Part shown: positions 9,404-18,698 of the stretch, in pieces
How positions within the stretch are numbered: position 1 is the first letter of the stretch
How the letters are laid out: each line of letters begins with the position of its first letter
From: Candidatus Micrarchaeota archaeon
GTDB taxonomy: Archaea; Micrarchaeota; Micrarchaeia; Anstonellales; Bilamarchaeaceae
Reading direction: 5' to 3'
Length of the DNA stretch: 41,684 nucleotides
Assembly: GCA_016935455.1 (NCBI GenBank)
Contig: JAFGQX010000061.1
Span: 1-41,684, forward strand
The notes under the pieces: model-generated
What the model was told of the DNA's origin: nothing
Databases searched by the model: none
What the model saw: the letters and a program-made list of their open reading frames with translations, nothing else
Program-made: the position numbers and the translations under genes

Positions 9404-10731
9404 TAGACTAAGTAAAATACAGTGAGACTTAAAAGGGTAATCCCGAACGAATAAAGAAGTCCGCTTGAATGCTTTTCATCGGTCTGGGATATATAAAGTG
9501 AAACAAGGAATGCGTATATAACCAGATAAACCGGGATTGTGAATTCTGCAATAAGAGCCATCCCTTCTCCTGCATATCCTTCCATCTCTGAAATAAGCCT
9601 CACGGAAACCCCCATTATAAGGGGAATCACCAGCGCACCCGCAATCATAGTGTATTTCTGCATACTCATCACCCCCTCCCTCTCCCGCCTCATTTCAAAG
9701 AATCTTAGAATGTCCTCTGCCAGTTCGCTGAATCCCCTAAAATAATTTGTCTCAAGTATGGATTTCATTGTTCCCGAGAACATATTTGCCGGACCGCCTC
9801 CAATCCTTTCCTTTAAATCCCCAAGAACTTTTTCAGTTCTTACGTTCGCCTTTATTTGTTTCCAGCTTTTTTCCATCTCGCTTGAAAACTCCGCGCAAGG
9901 ATTTTTTGCCATTCTCCGGAATATCTGCTCAGCAGAACTTCCTTTAGGCAGTGTTGAAACTTCAAGAAGCGCATCCGGAAGGACCTTTTCAATCTTTTCA
10001 GTTTTAACTCCTTTTTGGTATTCCCTGTAAAACAGCACCAGTCCCCCCGCAAAAACAGGAACCAGCAGATACAGATTCATAAAATTGAGATAAATCAGTC
10101 CGATTAAAATTAATGCAAAAACAAGCTGGAGGTAAGGAAATTGCTCTTTTTCCCGGAATATAAACGGCGGAGCCTGAAGACTCATCGCCCCAAGTATTGC
10201 AAGGCCGGATGCAGGTATGACCAGAAGGATAATCAGATTCAGCAGGCGGATATCTATTGAACTTTCAAATGTGAAATTCCCGACGGCAGTTATAATAATT
10301 AAAAACGATGGGATAATCACCGTAAACATCAGAAAAACAAGCCCGAACACAGAGCTTTTTGATGCGTATTCCCTTGTTTTATACTTTTGGACTGCAAGCA
10401 TTTCATTTCCTATTCTTTTAATCTCTTCTCCGCCGGAACCGTGCTGATATGCAGTAATAAGCTGGGAAACAGCTCTTTTAACATTCTCCGAACTGCTGTC
10501 CTCTGCAAACCGAGTGAGAATAGAAAGAACACTTTCCCCTTTTCTTTCACTCAAGAGGTATGTTTTTAGTTTTTCTGAAAAAACCCCCTCTTCCCCTGAA
10601 ATTTTTTTAAGTGCAGTATAAAAATCAATTTTCATATTGAGAAGCATTCCAAGTTTCCTGAGTTTAAACGGAATCTCCGCTTCCATCTGCAAATTTTTCT
10701 TTCTTTCAGAAAAAATACTTTCAATCTTCAT
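9403..10731 (-). CDS. Type IV filament platform membrane protein (FlaJ/TadC/PilC-like)
   Basis: Two soluble helical segments, each followed by a block of TM helices. 11-nt overlap with the upstream secretion ATPase gene. Confidence 0.75.
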   Translation of the reverse strand: MKIESIFSERKKNLQMEAEIPFKLRKLGMLLNMKIDFYTALKKISGEEGVFSEKLKTYLLSERKGESVLSILTRFAEDSSSENVKRAVSQLITAYQHGSGGEEIKRIGNEMLAVQKYKTREYASKSSVFGLVFLMFTVIIPSFLIIITAVGNFTFESSIDIRLLNLIILLVIPASGLAILGAMSLQAPPFIFREKEQFPYLQLVFALILIGLIYLNFMNLYLLVPVFAGGLVLFYREYQKGVKTEKIEKVLPDALLEVSTLPKGSSAEQIFRRMAKNPCAEFSSEMEKSWKQIKANVRTEKVLGDLKERIGGGPANMFSGTMKSILETNYFRGFSELAEDILRFFEMRREREGVMSMQKYTMIAGALVIPLIMGVSVRLISEMEGYAGEGMALIAEFTIPVYLVIYAFLVSLYISQTDEKHSSGLLYSFGITLLSLTVFYLV

Positions 10732-12064
10732 CCTTTAACCCGTAAAAGTTTTTCTGCAGTCCTTTGTAAAAACTGAAATATTCCCTCCCTGATTTTTCAA
10801 TGAATCTCCTTCTATTCCCCCACTCTTCTTCCAGTTCCTTTCTGCTGACCCCAAGTTTTTCCCCCACCTTTCCGATCAGTTTGTTCTTTCTGCAGTAGTT
10901 AATTTTTCCGCTCTTGAATTCATAATTAAAAATCATCTCCCCTTCCGGAGTCCCCACCTCAATAATCCTTCTTATCTCTTCGTTCCTGCGGTTTTTTCTG
11001 TTATAATAGAGCATCCTCCTCTGGATTACAACTGCGTCCACGCTGCCAAGGTCCATTTCCTGCACGCCCATATTCTTGAGTCTTTGAAAACATTCCCTGC
11101 AGCTTCCTGCGTGCATTGTTGCATAGCTTCCCCTCGCCTGTCCTGAAAGAAGAATCTCAAAAAGAGCTTCCGCCTCATTTCTGCTTCTTATCTCTCCGAC
11201 TATCGTTCTGTCAGGCCTCATTCTTAAGCTGTCGTAAACAAGGTCGCTCAGTGAAATCCCCATCTCTTTGTTTGAGACAAGCCTTGCCTGGTGTTTATGG
11301 GGGATATTAATTTCAGGAGTTTCTTCAATTATAACAATTCTTTCATCTGAGGGAACAAAGGAAAAAAGAGCGTTCATAGTTGTTGTTTTTCCGGATGCAG
11401 TATTTCCCCCGATTATTACCGAGCTGTCCGAATGCATGAGCAGGGAAAAGAAAACGGCAAAGTCCAGATTAAACGTTTCGTTGTTTATGAGCTCTTTCGG
11501 GGAAAATGGTGAAGATGAAAATTTTCTTACTGTTATTTCCCCTCCGGAAACCGGTGGTGCCGATGCATGTATCCTTGAGCCGTCCGGCAGCACTGCATCC
11601 ATACGTGGATTCTGAAGGGTAAGTCTTCTTCCCGTTGCCTTTGACATTTTATTTGCCGTTTCCACAAGAGATTCCAGATCAGTGAATTCAACGTTTGTTT
11701 TTTTCCATCCTTTCCCTCTAAGATATACATAAACTGGTTTTTCAGTCCCAATCACTGCGATTTCTTCAACATCTTCGTCCTGTGCAAGCTGGTCAAAAGG
11801 CCCGAATCCATATATGTGGGAGACCGCAGTTTCAACAAGATAATCCCTCTGGTCTCCATCCAGGTATACTCCATTTTTTTCAGATATCTGGTCAAGAATT
11901 TCCCCAATCAGCTCTTCAGCCTCTTCGGATTCCCCGATTCTTCTTTCCTTTGAAATTCTCCCGTATTCTGCTTCAATTTCCTCAATTAGCTGTTCTTCTT
12001 CTTCGCTTAGTCTCTTCAGCCCAATCTTATATTCTCCTGTTTTGTTGATTTTCCATCCAAGCAT
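10721..12064 (-). CDS. Type II/IV secretion-family ATPase (archaeal FlaI/PilB-like filament assembly ATPase)
   Basis: Walker A GGNTASGKTTT, IVIIEETPE box, RPDRTIVGEIR, His box SYATMHAGS. Confidence 0.9.
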   Translation of the reverse strand: MLGWKINKTGEYKIGLKRLSEEEEQLIEEIEAEYGRISKERRIGESEEAEELIGEILDQISEKNGVYLDGDQRDYLVETAVSHIYGFGPFDQLAQDEDVEEIAVIGTEKPVYVYLRGKGWKKTNVEFTDLESLVETANKMSKATGRRLTLQNPRMDAVLPDGSRIHASAPPVSGGEITVRKFSSSPFSPKELINNETFNLDFAVFFSLLMHSDSSVIIGGNTASGKTTTMNALFSFVPSDERIVIIEETPEINIPHKHQARLVSNKEMGISLSDLVYDSLRMRPDRTIVGEIRSRNEAEALFEILLSGQARGSYATMHAGSCRECFQRLKNMGVQEMDLGSVDAVVIQRRMLYYNRKNRRNEEIRRIIEVGTPEGEMIFNYEFKSGKINYCRKNKLIGKVGEKLGVSRKELEEEWGNRRRFIEKSGREYFSFYKGLQKNFYGLKDED

Positions 12065-12378
12065 AATTTTTCACCAGCCTCAGGAATTTTTTCTGAATCT
12101 GCAAGCTCCAGAAGGTAATTTGCATCTTTTTTATTTGAAACATTGAACGTGAACGGCTTCACCTTTTTGTAAATCTCAACAACTTCCATATTTTCATCAA
12201 GATAAACTGCATCAAACCTAAAGAATACAAAAAAAGAGTGAATCGAATGCTTCCCGGAATTCTTAAATTCAAAAAGAAGATTTTTTCTTGAACCGAACAT
12301 AAGACCCTTCATCTGCCCCGGGATACTTTTCACAGCAGTACATTCGCATTCAAATCCTTTGTTTCCCTTAAGTTTCAT
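12016..12378 (-). CDS. DUF192-family protein
   Basis: KGLMF ... FRFDAVYLDENMEVVEI ... ANYLLEL core resembles DUF192. ATGA overlap with uppS. Its 3' end overlaps the ATPase start by 49 nt. Confidence 0.55.
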   Translation of the reverse strand: MKLKGNKGFECECTAVKSIPGQMKGLMFGSRKNLLFEFKNSGKHSIHSFFVFFRFDAVYLDENMEVVEIYKKVKPFTFNVSNKKDANYLLELADSEKIPEAGEKLCLDGKSTKQENIRLG

Positions 12379-13067
12379 TTTCCGAACCTTCTTCCCCTGG
12401 ATTCGTATTCTTTTAGCGCCTCTGCAAAATCTTCTTCTGAAAAATCAGGCCATAATTTATCGCAGAAATAAAATTCACTGTAAGTGGTCTGCCACGGGAG
12501 AAGTCCGCTTAGTCTTTTCTCACCTGAAGTTCTAATCACTAAATCTGGATCGGGAATCCCCGCGGTATAAAGATGTTCTGAGATTGTTTTTTCATCCACT
12601 TTTTTTATTCCCTCTGCAAGTATTTTGTTTACTGCGTCAACTATTTCCCCCCTCCCGCCGTATGAAAGAAGGATATTCAGCTGGTATTCATCATTTCCTG
12701 AAGTTTCATCCTCTGCCTTTTTTATCAGATTCTGAATTTGTTTTGGAAAAAGGTCCGTTCTCCCCAAAAACCTCACTTTTATTTTCTTTTTTTCCTCTCT
12801 TTTGCTTCCTTCCCGGATAACTTCAATCAAATTTGTTTTGAATAATTCAAAAAGTTGTTCAACCTCTTCCCGGTCTCTTTTGAAATTATCCGTGCTGAAA
12901 CCCCACATAGTAAGCATTTTTACTTTGTATCTTCTGCACCATTCGGCCACATCACCTATTTTCTTTATCCCTATTGCATATGCTTCTTTTTTTGATATTC
13001 CGTGGATTCTGCCCCATCTTCTGTTTCCATCAGGAATTATGGCGATATGTGCAGGCACGTTTTCCAT
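12375..13067 (-). CDS. uppS: cis-prenyltransferase (undecaprenyl/polyprenyl diphosphate synthase)
   Basis: HIAIIPDGNRRWG, WGFSTDNFKR, IRTSGEKRLSGLLPWQ and FCDKLWPDF motifs. Confidence 0.9.
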   Translation of the reverse strand: MENVPAHIAIIPDGNRRWGRIHGISKKEAYAIGIKKIGDVAEWCRRYKVKMLTMWGFSTDNFKRDREEVEQLFELFKTNLIEVIREGSKREEKKKIKVRFLGRTDLFPKQIQNLIKKAEDETSGNDEYQLNILLSYGGRGEIVDAVNKILAEGIKKVDEKTISEHLYTAGIPDPDLVIRTSGEKRLSGLLPWQTTYSEFYFCDKLWPDFSEEDFAEALKEYESRGRRFGK

Positions 13068-13250
13068 AGTAAAAGTCTGCCCCGAAATAATTAAAACTAT
13101 TCGTAGAACAATTGAAACTGCATGATTGATTTATCCAGATTAAAAGATTCGCTTACTGAATCCTGCCCTTGCTGTTTTCTGCCCATATCCATTCCTTATT
13201 CTGCATTTGTGAAGAGATTTTATGTTTTGTTTTTATTCAAGAGAAATTCT

Positions 13251-14474
13251 ATGATATATATCGCTTCCTACCCTGATCACATGTCCCTTGCAGAAAAAAT
13301 TTATTCAATGAGCTTTGAAGACTTCAGAAGTAAATATGATTATTCTGCCTTAAAAAATAAAATCGAGAGTCTGGTGGGTTCATGGAAAGATGGAATGAAC
13401 CGGAAGGAGCTGAAATTATTTATCAGAAATTCATGCAGGTATCTTGAAGAATTATGGGAATTTCTTATGGACAGTGAAGCAATAAAGCATACGGATATCG
13501 AGGTTTTCGTCGACCCGTTTATAAAAAAGCATAATTTTTCCCAGGACGAGATAGAGATCTTCAGGGAAGCCCTCCTGCCTGACAGTCTGACCGAAGAAGA
13601 AAAAAGAAAACTTGAGCTTATAGAAATTGCAAAATCTGGGGCAGGAATTGGAAAATTCATAAAGTTCCATCCGAAATATGCGGGTTATGACAGCTATGAA
13701 TTTTATTCAGAAAAGGAAATAAGCTCCATTATTAAGAATCTGAGAAAAAAAGATTTGGAAGAAGAAATGAGGAAGGTTGATGGAAGAAGAGCCAGTTCCA
13801 TCGAAGCATTTGACAGACTTATTGAAATTACAAATCTCAGCAGGGAAGAGGAAGAAAAGATAAGAATAACCCGGCTGTTATCCGGAATACTTGACGAGCG
13901 GAGGGCGATTGCAAATCTTCTTCATGCTTATCTGCTGATGGCAGTTGACAAATTCTCGGAAATGGAAAAACTAGATCCGATGCTTTTGAAAAATCTCAGT
14001 TTTGAATTTTTTCTAAAAGACTTTGATGCTGAGAAAATAAAAAAAGCGTCTTCAGAAGAAAGAATCTCCCTTTTCCTTGGCAATAAAGAGATATTAAAAG
14101 GAAAGCCGGCGGAAGAAAAATTCAATGAAGTCCGCGCACACCTCACAGAGACAAACAAAGATATGCTTAAGGGATTTGGAGCTTCCCCCGGGAAAGCAAA
14201 AGGAAAAGCAAAAATTGTTCTGAATACCCACGATGATTTCCCGCAGGGAAGTATACTGGTTACATATTTCACAAATCCGGAATATGTCCCGTTAATGAGA
14301 AAGGCATCAGCAGTAATAACTGAGTTTGGGGGTATAACCTCGCATGCTGCAATAGTCAGCCGGGAGTTTAAAATCCCATGTATCGTTGCAGTAAAAAATG
14401 CAGTTAAATCAATAAAAGACGGCGAATTGATTGAGGTTGACGGAGATACCGGTGAAATCAAAATACTAGATTAA
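13251..14474 (+). CDS. PEP-utilizing-enzyme mobile (phosphohistidine swivel) domain protein lacking recognisable ATP-grasp and PEP/pyruvate domains
   Basis: C-terminal ~100 aa: GASPGKAKGKAKIV...ILVTYFTNPEYVPLMRKASAVITEFGGITSHAAIVSREFKIPCIV. Helical N-terminal ~300 aa shows no nucleotide-binding motif I can see. Start taken at ATG 13251 rather than 13122. Confidence 0.7.
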   Translation: MIYIASYPDHMSLAEKIYSMSFEDFRSKYDYSALKNKIESLVGSWKDGMNRKELKLFIRNSCRYLEELWEFLMDSEAIKHTDIEVFVDPFIKKHNFSQDEIEIFREALLPDSLTEEEKRKLELIEIAKSGAGIGKFIKFHPKYAGYDSYEFYSEKEISSIIKNLRKKDLEEEMRKVDGRRASSIEAFDRLIEITNLSREEEEKIRITRLLSGILDERRAIANLLHAYLLMAVDKFSEMEKLDPMLLKNLSFEFFLKDFDAEKIKKASSEERISLFLGNKEILKGKPAEEKFNEVRAHLTETNKDMLKGFGASPGKAKGKAKIVLNTHDDFPQGSILVTYFTNPEYVPLMRKASAVITEFGGITSHAAIVSREFKIPCIVAVKNAVKSIKDGELIEVDGDTGEIKILD

Positions 14475-16028
14475 TTCTGATTTCCTGTAAATCGTTTTCC
14501 CGTTTGCACAGACTGCCAGGACGCCCTTGTGAATATTTTTGATTGTTTCCTGTATGTCGCCAGCCCTTTCTGCAAGTATTTTCGTATCCTGCATTTCCAT
14601 TATTCGTTTAAATGCCTCAGTTGTAAGAATAACTGCTCCGTCCTGAACATAGATATCCCTGCTGTTTTCCAGATAATCTCCGAGAGAAATTCTGTTTTCA
14701 ACAATTGGGTGTCCTACTGCGCAGCCTGTACCGAATCCAAGCATATCACTTGGCATGCCGTCCGTTGAGAACTGCACTCTTCCCTTAAATCCATTTGCGG
14801 AATATTCCCTTAATACGGTTCCAACCGGGTTATTATAGTATGTTAGCTCCCCCAGTGTTGCAGGATATCTTAATCCTTCGCTTGAGTATGCGGGCTGCAT
14901 ATCCAAAAAAATTCCTTCTCTTGCCGCAGTTTTAATCTGGCTGAAAGTCGGAACTTCCAGATGGCATATTGTAAGTTCAATCCCGTTTTTCCTTAGTATG
15001 GAAGAAAAATCCAGAGCAATTCCTATTGTTTTATCCCCGATTGCGTGAAATGCCATCCGGCTAACCCTAGCTTCCTTAAGCTCCCTTATATACTGCTCAA
15101 CCGCCCTTGGATTCCTGTAGTCAATCGGAATTGTAGGTTCAAGTCCCCTGCTTCCATCTGCATATTTAAAATTCTCAAGAGATGCAGTTGCACTTGTAGT
15201 CCCTCCGTCTCCGACCCATTTAACACCCGTTTTAATTCCAATATCATTTGCTTCGCTTATGCACTCCTTTAACTTTCCTTTAAATGAATTATAGTAAAAA
15301 TAAACTCCGGCAATAGGATTGTATCCCAGTTTCTGTTTGAGCATCCCTATTGAAATTTTAAGAGCCCCCCATTCTGCTGGAGTAAGAACTGCCTTGTCAG
15401 TTATTGAAGTAGTCCCCTCCCTTATTCTTTCCATTACCCACTCATTTATTCCGTTCACTATCTTCTCCTTTATTTTTCCTTCAGCAATCTCCAGTGCAGT
15501 AAGAAAACATCCTTCGCTGAGTTCTCCTTTATTTCCTATCCCGCCAGTGATTATTTCTCCTTTTATCTTTCTTTCATTTACCTTTCTTTCCACCTGCAAA
15601 AGCAATAAACTGTTTCCGACTCCCGCGTGAAGCGATGTTCCCAAAAGAAGGATTTCTCTTTTTGAACCCAGTTCATCAAGTTCTTTTGCAGTCATTCCTG
15701 CTTCCATACTGTAACTTAGTGCGAGAATTGGAGAATTATCTTTCATTGACCTTGCTTTAATTTTTTTAATTATCTCTCTTTTATTTGTGCTCTCCCCTAA
15801 ATCAACCGGATTTGCACCCTGAATCATTCCGTAAAGTGCCGGGTGATTGTGTGCATCGTGGAATGCAGGAAAAACGACATATTTAGGTCTGGAAGATGAT
15901 ACTAAAGACAAATTTTGGACCGGTTCGACCATTATTTCTTTTCTCTTGGCCATTAATGCAACTAAACCGCCTCCTTTAGGTCTTAAATCATGAGCCAGTA
16001 ATATCTTTTTTCCCCTCATTCTAACCAT
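14466..16028 (-). CDS. Metal-dependent amidohydrolase-family protein
   Basis: N-terminal HxH metal motif (PAFHDAHNHP), later AFHAIGD and a distal DG region. Length and layout fit Amidohydro_3-type enzymes. Substrate unknown. Confidence 0.65.
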   Translation of the reverse strand: MVRMRGKKILLAHDLRPKGGGLVALMAKRKEIMVEPVQNLSLVSSSRPKYVVFPAFHDAHNHPALYGMIQGANPVDLGESTNKREIIKKIKARSMKDNSPILALSYSMEAGMTAKELDELGSKREILLLGTSLHAGVGNSLLLLQVERKVNERKIKGEIITGGIGNKGELSEGCFLTALEIAEGKIKEKIVNGINEWVMERIREGTTSITDKAVLTPAEWGALKISIGMLKQKLGYNPIAGVYFYYNSFKGKLKECISEANDIGIKTGVKWVGDGGTTSATASLENFKYADGSRGLEPTIPIDYRNPRAVEQYIRELKEARVSRMAFHAIGDKTIGIALDFSSILRKNGIELTICHLEVPTFSQIKTAAREGIFLDMQPAYSSEGLRYPATLGELTYYNNPVGTVLREYSANGFKGRVQFSTDGMPSDMLGFGTGCAVGHPIVENRISLGDYLENSRDIYVQDGAVILTTEAFKRIMEMQDTKILAERAGDIQETIKNIHKGVLAVCANGKTIYRKSELI

Positions 16029-16117
16029 ATAATTATATATACTAACACTTTAAAAATATGTTCTTCAACCGAAAACCATAATTTTATTATCCATCAATAT
16101 CTTTACAGGAGATTTCT

Positions 16118-17014
16118 ATGAAAACCATGAGGAGCAGTTTTGACCTGAAAAAAGAAGATATTCTCTGGATTTTAAAAAGAGCTCGTGAAGTGGAGGGTGG
16201 AGAAGGAAAATCCCTTGAAGGAAAAATACTCGGAGTTTTGACCTACCGTCCAAGCTTAAGAACAACTGCCGCACTTGAACATTCAATGCTCAAAGCAAAA
16301 GGGGATTACATCGTCCTTGATGCAAGCTATCTTAAAGCAGGTGAGGAAGATCTTGAAGACACAGTAAGGGCAGTTGCAGACCTTGTAGATATGCTTGCTC
16401 TTAGAACTCCTATGACTGTAGATATAAAAAAATTGAAATCCTCTCTCCCGATTATAAACTGCATGTGCGGAGACGAGCACACAATAGGCGCCCTCTGGTT
16501 TTTTTATTCATTAATGAAAAGAGGAAAAGAGCTGGAAGGAATGAAAATTGGTGCATACGGGCAGGTAAGATATTCCCAGCCTACAATCGCATTGTACCGC
16601 GTAGGTGCAAAACTTGGAATGCATTTCTATGAGGATTCGGTAGTTGATGAAATAGGGGCGGTTGAAGAACTTCAGAAACAGGTGATTGCCTCAGGAGGTT
16701 CCTGGGAAAGAAAACCAAGAAACGACTTTATCAAAGAAGTGGATATGATGTGGATTTCTGAAGGAAGGCCGGGCGAAGGAGCTGATAAATCTGTTCTTGA
16801 ATCGTATATGAACAATTATCAGGTTGTCACTCCAGAAATTTTCAATCAGGCAGGTGAAAACTGCTTCTGGTACTGCGATGAACCGAGAGCACTCCCGGAC
16901 GGCAGGCTTTCAATGGTGAAAGAACTGGACACCCATCCAAAACTTTTAAATGAAGCTATGATGAAGGAGAGTATATTTGTAACCCGTGCGGTTTTTGAAT
17001 GGATTTTTGGCTGA
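16118..17014 (+). CDS. Divergent aspartate/ornithine carbamoyltransferase-fold protein with degenerate catalytic motifs
   Basis: Layout matches the ATCase/OTCase fold. STRTR is replaced by PSLRTT, the R-H pair by LRTP, HPTQ by EHTIG, and HxLP by DEPRALP. Confidence 0.55.
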   Translation: MKTMRSSFDLKKEDILWILKRAREVEGGEGKSLEGKILGVLTYRPSLRTTAALEHSMLKAKGDYIVLDASYLKAGEEDLEDTVRAVADLVDMLALRTPMTVDIKKLKSSLPIINCMCGDEHTIGALWFFYSLMKRGKELEGMKIGAYGQVRYSQPTIALYRVGAKLGMHFYEDSVVDEIGAVEELQKQVIASGGSWERKPRNDFIKEVDMMWISEGRPGEGADKSVLESYMNNYQVVTPEIFNQAGENCFWYCDEPRALPDGRLSMVKELDTHPKLLNEAMMKESIFVTRAVFEWIFG

Positions 17015-17064
17015 GCAACAATTAAATTAATACTCCTTTAAATCACCATTAATAAGTGATTTTT

Positions 17065-18156
17065 ATGAAACATGCAATTTCCACACTTGGAAGCCATTCT
17101 GCCCTGGATGTAAGCGAAGGAGCAAAAAAAGAAGGATTCAGGACACTTGTTGTATGCAAAAGAGGAAGAGAGAATACATATCTTAACTGGTACAAATCAA
17201 GAAAAAGGGGAAAAAGAGAAATCGGTGTTGTTGATGAAATTGTTCTTGTAAATGAATTCAAACAGATTGCATCACACGCAGTTGTGGAACACCTCAAAAA
17301 ATCAAATGCAGTATTTGTTCCCAACCGTTCCTTTTCAGTTTATGTGGGCTACGATACTATTGAAAACGAGTTTCCTATCCCTATTTTTGGAAACAGAAAA
17401 CTGCTGAGAGCAGAAGAAAGAGACCAGCCCAACAACCAGTATGACCTTCTTAAAAAATCAGGCATAAATTATCCAAAAGAAGTTCTTTCCCCTGAAAAAA
17501 TCCAGAAACTCTCAATAGTGAAAGTAAACGAAGCGGAAAGAAGCTATGAAAGGGCATTCTTTTTTGCATCAGATTATGAAGAATACAAAGAAAAAAGTTC
17601 AGAACTTTTAAAACATGGAAAAATAAGGGAAGATGACCTGAAAAAAGCAAGGATTGAGGAATTTGTCATCGGCGCACCATTCAACTTCAATTTCTTTTAT
17701 TCCCCCATCCATGATGAACTTGAACTTTTGGGTGTGGATATGAGGAAGCAGACCGACATTGACGGCTATCTGAAGATGCCTGCAGACATCCAGCTTGATG
17801 TCCTTAAAAAACACAGGCCCAAAATAATTGAAGTCGGCCATATTGCATGTACAGTAAGAGAATCTTTGATAGAAGGCGTTTATGAGCAGGCTGAAAAATT
17901 CGCTGAGACTGTTGCAAAAGAATACTCTCCGGGAATAATAGGTCCATTTGCCCTTCAGGGTGCAATTGAAGAAGTAGATGGAAAAGAACAGTTCACCACC
18001 TTTGATGTTTCCTTCAGAATGCCCGGCTCTCCAGGAACAAGGTTCACCCCGTATTCTGAGTATTTATTCAGGGAATCAATCTCCTTTGGGAGAAGAATTG
18101 CAATGGAACTAAAAGATGCTGAAAAAGGCAAGAAGATTGACCTGGTCACCACATGA
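17065..18156 (+). CDS. PurP-family ATP-grasp protein (divergent paralog of FAICAR synthetase)
   Basis: N-terminus ISTLGSHSALDVSEGAKKEGFRT, FGNRKLLRAEER, IEEFVIGAPFNFNFFYSP and GPFALQG are PurP-like. The region equivalent to KFPGAKGGRGY reads KVNEAERSYERAFF. ATG at 17065 preferred over GTG at 17056. Confidence 0.75.
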   Translation: MKHAISTLGSHSALDVSEGAKKEGFRTLVVCKRGRENTYLNWYKSRKRGKREIGVVDEIVLVNEFKQIASHAVVEHLKKSNAVFVPNRSFSVYVGYDTIENEFPIPIFGNRKLLRAEERDQPNNQYDLLKKSGINYPKEVLSPEKIQKLSIVKVNEAERSYERAFFFASDYEEYKEKSSELLKHGKIREDDLKKARIEEFVIGAPFNFNFFYSPIHDELELLGVDMRKQTDIDGYLKMPADIQLDVLKKHRPKIIEVGHIACTVRESLIEGVYEQAEKFAETVAKEYSPGIIGPFALQGAIEEVDGKEQFTTFDVSFRMPGSPGTRFTPYSEYLFRESISFGRRIAMELKDAEKGKKIDLVTT

Positions 18157-18692
18157 TAAATACTAAATTCAAGCTTAAGAACGGAAAAGAACTGGAACCA
18201 ATCCACCTTCATCCAGGAATTCCGGTTGACGCTCTCCTTGATTATATCAATTCAATAATCAGGGAAGATGCATATCTCCATATGGACACTGAAATGACTG
18301 CTGAAGAGGAAAGAAACTGGCTCATTTCCTCAATGAATGACATTTACCATGACCGCTTAATTCATTATGTTGTTTTCGATGAAAATAAAATTATTGCCGG
18401 AGCAACTGCAAAAAAAGGAAACTGGAGGGAAGCGGGCAATGTCCAGCTGGGTATTGCAATAAGAAAAGAATGCCGGAGTCTGGGCCTTGGAGAAAAACTG
18501 CTTTCATTTTTAATAGAAAAAACAAAAGAGAAATGGAATCCCCGAAACATATATCTCTACTGTGCAGAGGAAAACAAACCAGCTCTTAGTTTATACAAAA
18601 AAATAGGTTTTGAGGAATTTGCAAAATTCCCGGAATGGTTTAAGTACCAAAATAAATATCTTGATGTGATTTACCTTATTCTTTCGGAATAA
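18153..18692 (+). CDS. GNAT-family N-acetyltransferase
   Basis: Acetyl-CoA-binding style segment LGIAIRKECRSLGLGEKLLSFLIEKTKE and distal YKKIGFEE. ATGA overlap with the upstream PurP paralog. Confidence 0.8.
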   Translation: MINTKFKLKNGKELEPIHLHPGIPVDALLDYINSIIREDAYLHMDTEMTAEEERNWLISSMNDIYHDRLIHYVVFDENKIIAGATAKKGNWREAGNVQLGIAIRKECRSLGLGEKLLSFLIEKTKEKWNPRNIYLYCAEENKPALSLYKKIGFEEFAKFPEWFKYQNKYLDVIYLILSE

Positions 18693-18698
18693 ATAAAG

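Noticed and set aside
13122-13250. 43-codon N-terminal extension of the swivel-domain protein (ORF-track start 13122)
   Set aside because: The extension is Cys/Phe-rich and lies in the divergent promoter spacer shared with uppS. ATG 13251 is preceded by an AT-rich TATA-like stretch. The longer start cannot be excluded without orthologs.
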